From the NCBI GenBank assembly GCA_013239625.1, contig MU053557.1:2200123-2264122 (forward strand): a DNA stretch of 64,000 bases, read 5' to 3'. Numbering within the stretch: position 1 is the first letter of the stretch; each line of letters begins with the position of its first letter. This document shows, piece by piece, positions 1 to 10,162 of the stretch. The translations under genes and the position numbers were made by a program. The DNA is from Lama guanicoe (lineage: Eukaryota). The notes beneath the pieces were generated by a model. The model had not been told where the DNA came from, did not search any database, and saw nothing but the letters and a program-made list of their open reading frames with translations.

Positions 1-529
1 CACCTTGTTTTTTGGTTTTTTGTTTTTTTTTTTCCCCAAACTCACCCCACTGGTCACTCTACTCAATTCAATTGAATCAGCATTTCTAAATTTAGATCCA
101 TAAGGCTATCATTAGCTTTGGCTTGTCTGGAGTCCCTTTTTATTTGTTTTTCACGCCTATTTACCTACCATCCCTCCCTTTATATGACACAGTCCAAGGA
201 AGGAATCATGGGCGTTTATTTTCATACTTCTGTTCCACAGACACGTGGCACTCAATAAATATGATTATCACTCCTCTAACCTATTAGCCACCTTTTGTTT
301 TTAAATGTTTTTTTTGTTCCTACATTAGTATTCCACCTTTAGTTTTATGCTTCCTGAATGGCAAACAGATTTCTTTTTTTAATGATAGAGGCATTGAGTA
401 CAAAGAGAAAAAGAAAAGACCCTTCTAGGACTTATGGACTTGAGCCATTCCTGGGGTTGCTCTGTGTGCAACCTCCAACAGCTAATGGGCAGCAGAGGAA
501 GAGTGTGTGCGCTGGATGTGCTCACCAGC

Positions 530-732
530 TTTGGAGTAAGATGCCTGAGTCTGACTTGCAGCTCTGTTCTCATGCTAGCCCTGTTCCTTCAACCTGGGGA
601 CTCTGGTTCCTCACATGTAAAATGCGGATACTGATAACGCCTACCTCCTAGGCTTGCTGTGAGAATAAAATGAACTTTACCAAGCAAGGTGATTAGCCCA
701 ACGTGTGGTTCAAACGCTCAAGAAATATTAAG
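530..732 (+). mobile_element. MIR SINE
   Basis: Core-like ttcctcacatgtaaaatgcggatactgataacgcctacctcctagg...gtgagaataaaatga. Confidence 0.7.
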
Positions 733-782
733 TTAGGGAGAAAGAAAGAGAAGTGGTGAATACTGGAAGCCAGCCTGATCAG

Positions 783-1122
783 TGTTATGGTCTGAATGTT
801 TGTGTCCCCACAAAATTCATTTGTTAAAATCCCAATGCCCACTGCAATGGCTTAAGATTTGTGAGGTACTTAGTCAGGAGGATGAAGCCCTTTTGAATGG
901 GATTAATGCTCTTATACAGGAGAACCCACAAGCTCCCCACCCCCTTCCACCTCATGAAGAGACAAAGGGAGGTGTTGGACCTGAAACAGGGCTCTCACCC
1001 AGCCATGTTGGCACCCTGATCTCAGACTTTCAGCCTCCAGAACTGTGAGACATAAATTTCAGCTGATTGTAAGCACCCAGTCTGTGCTATTTTGTTACAG
1101 CAGTCTGAACGGACTAAGGTCA
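783..1122 (+). mobile_element. MaLR solo LTR (MLT1A-like)
   Basis: TGTTATGGTCTGAATGTTTGTGTCCCC start; gactttcagcctccagaactgtgag...attttgttacagcag...actaag end. Confidence 0.85.
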
Positions 1123-1616
1123 TCATTTAATTCATGGGAATTCTAAATCTGACTGACTTCAGCTAGGAACAAGTAGCCCTATTAATTAGGGAGACTTTTA
1201 TATTTAGACAAATATAACCAATTTAGAGAAGTTGCACTTCTCAGGTACCAAAATTTCAAGAAACCCCTGTTGCCTAGATTTCGCTTACAGTGGTGATACT
1301 TGTAATTCTCCAGAATTAGAAATCATTCACTCACACCATGCCAGTCCAGACTCAGGATCCACATGCTTCAGCCTGCTCTTGCCACCATTCCACAGAGCAC
1401 TGCCAGCCCTGTCATGGGTCATATGTGAAATGTGACACCTGAGTCATAAAAATGCTGCTTGTGGTTCCTAAATAGCCTACCTCTCCAAATTGCTACCACC
1501 ATTTCCACCACCATTGTGGAGCAGTCTGGGGCTTCTTAAGAAATGGAAGGAAGGAAGGAGAGAACAGGCAGATGGAAAAGAAGAAAGGAAGGGGTAAAAA
1601 CAAAGCAACAGGTGGT

Positions 1617-1760
1617 GGGGGGAGGATATAGCTCAGTGGCAGAGTGCATGCTTAGCAAGCATGAGGTCCTGGGTTCAATCCCCAGAACCTCTATTTGAGT
1701 AAACAAATAAATAAAAATTTAATTACCCCTCAAAAATTAAAAAAGAAAGTAAAAAAAAAG
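1617..1760 (+). mobile_element. tRNA-Ala-derived SINE (Vic-1 type, camelid)
   Basis: A box TAGCTCAGTGG, B box GGTTCAATCC, AATAAATAAA-rich body, A-rich tail, degenerate TSD AAAGCAACAGGT / AAAGAAATAGGT. Confidence 0.85.
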
Positions 1761-2179
1761 AAATAGGTAAAGAAAATCAATTTTCTATTATTGATTCCAA
1801 TTTCAGTGACTATATTTTTTAATTTATTTTGTGAATTTACAACATTTAAGATTCCTATTTTTACAATATCAATGAAACCATGATCTAAACTATATAAACT
1901 GGGGGTATAATTGTGGTATTACTTTTATTTTTTCCTATTAATTGGTCAGGCTGCCATTAACTTACTAGGCAGAAGCCAGTACCTTCCTCTAGATGCTCTT
2001 CCATGCAGTGTCTGAGAATATAGGCTCTAGTGCCAGATTGCCTGCCTTTGAATCATGGGCACCACCACCCCACCGATTCCAAACTTGCTATGTGACCTTG
2101 GGCAAATCACTTGATCTGCCTGGCATGGTGATAATAGTACTACTTACCTAGTAATACAGTTTTGATGACTTTTGCAGCC

Positions 2180-2570
2180 ATTCATTGATATTTATTGAGC
2201 TTCTACTGTATACTAGGTTTTGTTTTCAGTGCCAAGTATATAATGTGAGCAAGGAAGACAAAATCCTTGACCTCATGAAAATTCTAGTTAGAATAGGGTA
2301 GAGAAAGTGAATAAATGAAAAAGTTTCAGACCACAAAAAATGTTGTGAAGAAGATAAAACAGGATTATGTAACAGAATAACTAGAGGAGGGACATGGGTT
2401 TGTTAATTTAGATGGGTTGGTCAGAGAAGGCCTTCCTAACGAGGTGATATTTGAGCTCACAAGAAAAAGGCAACCATCAAAAGATGTGTGGATAAGAGTT
2501 CCAGGCAACAGGACCAGCAAGTGCAAAGGCCCTGAGGTGAGAATGAGCTTGAAATGTTTGGGAAACCTAA
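2180..2570 (-). mobile_element. L2 LINE 3' fragment
   Basis: cattcattgatatttattgagc...ggtcagagaaggccttc...caagtgcaaaggccctgagg is the typical antisense L2 3' end. Confidence 0.75.
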
Positions 2571-2619
2571 GATGCTTCATCCTCACTCCTCTCTTCTCAA
2601 GCATCCAGTACCCCTTCCT

Positions 2620-4900
2620 CACATTCAACTGATGACTGCTTCTTAATTCCCTGAAAACACAGAAGCAATCAGTAAAGAACTTCCATGAGTTCCTTTACTA
2701 TGTCTACCATCATACTGCCATCCCTTAACATGTGCTCTATTTTCCTCCCAGCTCCTATTAAGACCTACACTCCATTTGTACACTCAAGTACCATTGTCTT
2801 TTCCTACTAAGAGATTTTATTCCTCCAGCTGCCCACCGCACCTTCAACATCATCAAATTTTCTTTCTATACTAGATCATACTTACCTGCATTCATATTTC
2901 TAACTTAATGCAAGCAAGAAGACAAGCAAAAGAAAAATAGAACAAAATGCAAACAAACCCTATCCTCTCTACCCCACGACATCTTTGGTACCTTCATTGC
3001 TCTAATCTCCTTTACAGCAAAACCCTTCAAGAAAGCGTCAATATTGTCTCTGATTCCTCACTTCCCTTTCTTTCCTGAACTTTTTCTAATCAGGTGTTCA
3101 CCCTTCTATTCCATGGAATTGTCCAGGTCATCAAATGATCTCCATGCTGCCAAATCCAATGGTCAAGTCTGTGTCCTCATCTTACTTGATACAAGAACTA
3201 CATTTGACAAGTTGAAAACTACATCTTCCCTGAGACACATTTCTTCTCTGTTCTTCTGCCTCACTGGACATACCCTCTCAGTTTATAGGATATTACTCCC
3301 CTTCTTTCTAAATAAGAGAATGCCCTAATGGCCTTTCTTTCTAGATACATTCACTTCCTAGATGATCTTAAACAGGCCCATGGTTTTCAACACACTTTAC
3401 ATGCTGATGAATCCCCAGTTTTTAACACCAAGCCCAATCTCTCATAAACTCCAGACTCACTGATCCAATTGTCTATTTGACATCTTCATTTGGATTTTTA
3501 TATTAATTACCTATCATGCCTAACAAATTACCCCAAAACTTAGTGGTTTAAAAAACAATAACCACTTATCACCTTTCACAGTTTCTATGGGTCAGAAGTT
3601 TGGGAGCAGCTTGACTTGGTGGCTCTGGCTTAGGGGCTTTCATGGAATTGCAGTCAAATGCTGGCCAGGGCTGCAGTCATCTGAAGGTCTGATGGAGACT
3701 GGAAGATCTGCTTCTAATGTGGCTCACTCACAAGGCTGGAAAGTTAGTCCTGGATGTTGGTAAGAAGTCTCCTTGTGGGCCTCTCTGAAGGGTTGATTGA
3801 GTGTCTTCGGACACAGTAACTGGGTTTCCTCAGAACAAGAGAACCAAAACAGGAGCTACATTGCTTTTTATCCTAGACTTGGAAGTCAATGACTGTCACT
3901 TGCAGTGTATTCTATTGGTCATACAGGCAAGCTTTGATCCAGTATAGGAGGAAAGTACACGTGGGTGAGAACAGGAGGTAAGGATCATTGGGGGCCATGA
4001 TGGGGTTACCACCATGTCCCATGTCTAAGACAATGTCTAATGTCCTATTTATGTCCCAAACTTAATTCAAGATCTACCAACCATTCTCTAAATCTGCTCC
4101 TTCCTCATTTTCCCCATCTTAGGCCAAACACCTTGGTGTCATCCTGAATTTCTCTTTGTATTTCATACCAACAATTAATGTCACTAAAACTCATTGACTC
4201 TGCCTTCAAAATATGTCCAGAATCCAACTTCTTAACATCTCTTTCAGTGCTAGTCTAGTCTAAACCTCCATCATATCTTGCTTGGATTATTGATTTCTAA
4301 CCAGTTTCCCTACCTCCACTTTTGTCCCCTCCAGTCTGATAACCACGAGGCAGCTACACTGATCCTGTTCAAAAATAAAAAACTAAATCAGATAATTTTA
4401 TTCCTCTGCTTAAAACCTTCAGTGTCTCCCAGTCTCACTCCGAATAAGAAACCAAAGTCCCTACCATGGCTGACAAAGTACTCCATGATCTGGCTTCTCA
4501 CTACGTCTCTAACCTCTTCTCCCATCACTTTCCTCCTGTTTCACTTTGTTCCTGCTCCATTGCTTTCCTCTCCTCAAACTTGCCAAATTAGTTCCTGCCT
4601 CAGGGTCTTTGCACTTCCCTGGAAAGCTCTTCCACGAGATAACCACAAGATTAACACCCTTACTTCCTCCAGACCACTGCTCAGAGTCCTCGTCACTCTC
4701 TCTCTCCCCTCACTTTGCCTTATTTTTCTTTGTAAAATGTATCCCACCTGACTTATGATAGAGTTGTTTATTTATCATCATTCTCTTTCTGCTAAAATAC
4801 ATCTCCAAGAAAATACCTATTTTCTCCACTGCCGTAACCCCAGGGACTATCATACTGCTTTGCCTACGATCAAATTGTAATCAATATTTCTTGAAAGAAG
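2620..4900 (+). mobile_element. L2 LINE, interrupted by an MLT1 LTR at about 3500-4013
   Basis: Pyrimidine-rich L2 motifs (tgccaaatccaatggtca, catgctgatga, cctcagggtctttgcac) ending caatatttcttgaaagaa. Confidence 0.75.
3500..4013 (-). mobile_element. MaLR LTR (older MLT1 family) nested in L2
   Basis: taacaaattaccccaaaacttagtggtttaaaaaacaa...cacagtttctatgggtcagaa...gggctgcagtcatctgaagg. Confidence 0.8.
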
Positions 4901-5324
4901 GAAAGGCAGAATGCAGGAAGTGCAAGAGGCGAATCCATGCAAAGTTGGTTGGCAGAGTGCCTGGCACTTGAGAAGTATGAGTTATTACCATTTGATGTGT
5001 CCAAATCCCATGGGGCTTATTCAATCCAAGGAAGAGAGCGCAGTTGTCTTCTGATATCAGAGGAATAACCAGAGGGGCCTGGAGACCGGTCAGTCCACTG
5101 TTGCTGTTTCATGCTTAAAAAAAAAAAAAAAAAAGCTCAGTACTGCAGCGGAGCTTTGCACATTTCTCCCGGATGCCTTTCTAATCTGCAAGGATGGTAG
5201 ACCTGGGTCCCCATGAAATCCTTGGAGAATGGGGCAAGGACTACTTCTGGTATGCACACACTCAGAGATGCCACTTCAACTTTTTCTCCCTGTTGACACT
5301 GCTCTCAGTGTGTGAAGCACCTTT

Positions 5325-6180
5325 TCGTTTTTTTTTTTTTTAATTGAGATACTTACAGAGTCAAATGCACTTCTAAGAAATGAGGCAGAGAGAACTTCTG
5401 TACATTTTTCGTAATTTCCCCCAATGGTAACATGTGCAAAACTATGGTATAATATCATAATCAGAATATTGACATTGACATGTTTTATGTGCATTCATTT
5501 TGCCTGTTTGCAGTGTGTGTATAATTCTATACAATGTTATCATCACCCTTGTAGTTCCTGTTCTTACCCTGACAGTTAAGACACCGCATGGTTCCCACAC
5601 CACAAAGATACCTCCTATTGCCCTTTAAAACCGCACCCACTACCCTTCCACACCCCCATCCCTGTCCTCTGCTCCTAAAATTATGTCATTTTCAAAGTGT
5701 TATATAAATGGAACCATACAATATGTAATCTTTAGGGGCTGGCTTTTTTCCTCACTCAGTATAATTCATCCTGATTGCTACATGTATCAGGAGTTCCTTC
5801 CTTGTTGGAAGAAGGCATGGAGTGGCACTCCATTGTATGTATGTATCACATAGTTTAACCATTCACTGGTTTAAGGTCATCTGGGCTGATTCTTGGTTTT
5901 GGTTATTATAAATAAAGCTGCTATAAACATTTTTGTACAGGTTTGTGTGTGTAAACATAAAAGGCTTCCATTTCTCTGCCCAAGAGTATAATTGTTGGGT
6001 CATATCATAGTTGCATGTTTAATCTTTGAGAAAATACCAAAGAGTTTTTCAGAGTGGCCGTACTATTTTACATTACACTAACAAAGCATGAGTGATCTAG
6101 TTTGTCTACATCCTTATCAGCATTCAGTGTTGTCAGTTTTTTTTATATATATTATCCATTCTTATAGGTGCTTAGTGTGA
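5325..6180 (-). mobile_element. L1 3' end (L1MC-like)
   Basis: Poly-T, then tcccccaatggtaacat...tatataaatggaaccatac...ataaagctgctataaacatt. Confidence 0.8.
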
Positions 6181-8487
6181 AGTAACTTAAAAAAAAAAAC
6201 AAAAACAAAAAAACCCTTACAACACAGTTCTCTTAGGAAAACAAATCTACATTTTCATAACGAAGAGAGACTGTTCCCAGTGATTGACTCACTGTTTGCT
6301 AACTCACCTTGTCTTTTGCATAACTAAGATTCAAGCGACCTTTATTGAAGTGACTTTTCTCTGAGCCAGACAGGCTGCTCCAGGTGACCCAAACTCAGGA
6401 AAGACTGATATTTTGATGGGTATGTTGTTTAATTAGCTGATCATTTACAAAGGCACAGACATGAGAGGTTCTGTTTGTAAGTATAAGCTTCTTAGTCTGA
6501 AATTCTACCAAAGCTTAATTTAACTACATGTAAAGGAAGCATCTTGTGATTGTAAATTTCATAGAGAAAACCTTAAAAATGACCCTCAAACTTCTTTTAC
6601 TGTACATCTGGGACATTCTTAGCCACAGAGTGGAGAATAAGGACCATAACAAACAAACGAACAAATGGGCATAATCCACCTTGATTTTGGAATGCCTATC
6701 TACCCCTGTCAACACTTGAGTGAGATCACACCATTGACTACTCTTTTTGGTGAGTTACTCTCAAGCCAAGAAAGGGAAATTGGTTTGAATAAGGATGGTT
6801 TAGATATCTTTTCTTCTTGTAGTCACTCTCTCATCAATGTCCCATATTAATACACTCTTTTTTCTTAGATAAATTGGCGTCTCTTTCTTTCTCTTCCTGT
6901 GAAAATAAACTGAGAAAACAGTCAATGATTGTTAAGTCTCCATTTTAACATTCACCTTAACTAAGGGAAGAACAATATTTTAAAATCAATCGTACTCTGT
7001 ATTATCCAAGAACAGTGCCTAATAGATGATATTGGGTTCAATATATATTTGTTGAATAAATTTTGAATGAACCATGTAGTTCATATTTCAGTGTTTGTGA
7101 GTGGAGGTGGTTAAGAGAAGATTAGAGGTGTGGGCTTTGGATCAAACACATGTGGTCAAGGCTGGGCCTTTTCACTCATTAGCTTTCATGAATTTTCTAG
7201 GCTGCAATTCTTTTGTCTATGAACACTGTTTACTATACAGGGGTATTGTGAGGATGACAGGTGACAATACACTGAAATATTTAGCATAGGGCCAGCACTG
7301 AGTATGTCCTCAACAACTTTGGCTCTGATTATTATTTTCAATGCCTAATTATTAGACCAGCAGAATCTGAGGCCCCAAAAGGCACATTTCTCAAACTTTT
7401 GTCTCTGTCCCCACCAAAACACAGAATCTGGTACCTGGAAATCAGCACTCAATAGGTGTGTTGAATCAATACATATATGTATGCATTGCCTACAGAGTAG
7501 CCCAATAACTGAATGACTGAAATCAGTGCCTCATTCATTCATGACCTGAATATGAGTCAGTTCTGTGCATATAATGGATGCTACTGAATAAAGTATATGG
7601 AAAATTCTAAGCCATGGTTACTGACTAAATTGGAAGCAACTATTTAACAAATGGTGAGAGCCAGGTGTGAGGCAGGGATTGACTACACCGTATCCCACTT
7701 CCAGTTCCGGAAGAGCAACTCATCTATAGACACTGCTTTCTCAAGATACAGTTTGGGGTTCCATATCTACATTCAAAGCACTGGTTTTTATATGGAACAT
7801 ATATACCTGTATATAGTCTATTCAGTTTAGAAAAGTAATACAACATCACAATTTAAAAAATAGGAAAAAAGAAAAACTATCCAAAGTCGTTACACCCAGA
7901 TATTACTACTGTAATCATGTCTGTTCTACTCTCTGTAAATGTGTTTGGTTAAATAATGCCCTTGGCCACTAGGAAGCCGATATCTCAGCACCCTCATCTC
8001 TGAAATAAGGCCTGCAAAACTTGTTCTATAAATATATCTGAGCAGCGCTTTGAAATTCTTGCAGAGGAGTGATTTACTGTGATAAAGGCAATGCCTGTTC
8101 CGTATCTATTGTACTATCAAGTTCTCGCCTAGCCCCAGGCCTAATCAAATCACTTGTACATTTATTTCTCTTTTTAAAAATTTCTGTCATTTAGGGGTAA
8201 CACCTCATCTCTACTGGAAAGAAGTGAAGGAGAAATGTGGATAAACATAAAGGAAGAAGGGGAGGAGGAGAGAGGGAAGAGGAGGCAACAATTGACTGTG
8301 GGAAAGCTCTGGGCTTGTTGCTAGACCTGGATGTTCCTTCTGCTCCATCTATAAACACATGTGACTCTGGGTAAACCACTCAGTCTCTCTGGGCTCTCTC
8401 CCTCATTTGCAAAGTTGGGGAGAAGGTGTCGGTGACGGAGGTTCATAAGATGATTTCTAAAGGTGTTTTGCTTTTATTACTCTTCAT

Positions 8488-8827
8488 AAGGGGTCCACAA
8501 ACTGTGGTCAGCAAACCTAACACTGTTGGCTCCTGTTTCTGGGCACCGGTAACAATAGCTTTTACACTTTTAAATGGTTGGGGGGGTGGGAAAAAAAAAA
8601 ACCTCAAGAGAATAATATGTTGTGTCATGTGAAAATTCTCTTAAAATGGAAATTTTCATATAAGTTTTAAGGGAACACAGCCACAATCATTTGTTTACAT
8701 AATACACACCTATGGCCAGTTTCATGCCAAGAGGGCAGAGTTGAGTAGTTGCCAGAGAGCTCATGGCCCACAAAACCAAAACAGTTTGCTATCTAGCTTT
8801 TTATAGAAAAAGTATGCCTAAACTTGC
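8488..8827. mobile_element. hAT-Charlie DNA transposon (MER58B-like)
   Basis: aatagcttttacacttttaaatggttgg...gaacacagccac...gcagagttgagtagttg...atggcccacaaaaccaaaa. Confidence 0.75.
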
Positions 8828-9990
8828 TCTCTCTCTCTCTAGTATACCTGCTTATCTTGGAATAACCCATCTTTTTTATATGAGGTGTGTGTCCATCAGG
8901 AATTTTTCGAAGTGTTATGATTATAATGCATAATCCCATAAACTGTTCGGCTTTCTAAGAGGAGGGACTCTTGTTTTGTTTTGCTCACTACTGGAATCCT
9001 AGTGCCTTACACATTGCTGGCATATAGCAGGTGCTCAGTATTTGTTGTTGAATAAACAGTCTAACACCAGTGCCAAGCCAGTAATTTCAAAATTCCAAAA
9101 GGGATTTGTCACCTAGCACAAACTAAATTGCCTTATTCAGTGGTTTCAATTGAAAATATTTATTTTAAAAAACTTTTTTTGCTGACCAAAATTCTCCCTG
9201 CACAAAAACCTCTACCGAATTTTACCTATGCAATGAAAAGAGAATTATATATTAAAAAACTTGGAATCCTTTTTCTCCTCAAATAAAGAATACGTTTAAA
9301 ATATCGGTAAAATTGAAATGGCCTCAGCCTTTTACATCCGTTGCGCCACGTTTTAAAAATGACGATTATTGGAGTCCAGAGCATGGTTGTCAAGAAGCAT
9401 TCTGCGTAATTTAAGCACAGCAGCCAAAAATACAAGCGTGTGTGCCGAGCAAGACGAGCGTGTGAGGGAAAAAAGTGTAATTTTGCGTTCTGTGCAAAGT
9501 GTCGAACGTGAACGTATCTCACGTTGTGTTGCAGATTTACTACAGCTGAGTCATTTCGGGACACGAGTGTGTGTTTCCAGGAAAAACGCGAGGAAGGAAC
9601 CAGGCTGAGGGGCTCGCCGGGTTCCCCCAGGCACTCCCAGCAGCAGATACCGGTATTCCGCGGCGGGCGGCGGCATGGTCAAAAAAAGCGCCGCGGCCCC
9701 TTTAAGCGCCACAGCACCTTCTCCAAGATACCATCTTGCACCAGGAGTTCACGTAAGCTCTCTACCTACCTTGATAGATCCCTCTTCCTTCACCGGGTAC
9801 GACCGGCGGGCGGGGCGAACGAGCCTTTTCATTGGCTGCGCGCGCACGGCCCTCTCCTTTCTATTGGTTCTCGCGTCCGCCACTTGTCGCTGTCTCCCGC
9901 CCACCTGAGCCGTCGTGCTAGGTTGAGTGAGGGCTCTTGGGTTAGTTCCTGTTAGGCCCCGGCTCGGGGAGTAGGTTGAAGTCTCCTAAG

Positions 9991-10023
9991 ATGCCCGGTG
10001 GGCTAGGGCACCGGGAGCTGTGA
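9991..10023 (+). other. Upstream ORF MPGGLGHREL* in the presumed RBM27 5' UTR
   Basis: aagATGc (A at -3), 10 codons then TGA, ending 80 nt before the main ATG. Confidence 0.65.
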
Positions 10024-10103
10024 GGAAGGCGTGAGGAGGCGGTGAGTGGCTCCCGGCGGCAGGCCCGAACAAGAGCGGCGGCCGAGCCCGCCTTCCCTGC
10101 ACC

Positions 10104-10162
10104 ATGCTCATAGAGGATGTGGATGCCCTCAAGTCCTGGCTGGCCAAGTTACTGGAGCCGAT
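10104..10162 (+). CDS. RBM27: RBM27 coding exon 1 (59 nt), PWI domain start
   Basis: Kozak gcaccATGc; MLIEDVDALKSWLAKLLEP; donor AT|gtgagt. Confidence 0.96.

Noticed and set aside
1617..1690. tRNA-Ala-like gene (also at 25376-25445)
   Set aside because: The stems are imperfect and the sequence runs into an AT-rich SINE body and tail, with a TSD on the first copy. It is a SINE head, not a tRNA gene.
4278..4751. Longest ORF in the track (157 aa)
   Set aside because: It lies within a decayed L2 3' region, has low-complexity L/S/P composition and has no splice or domain support.
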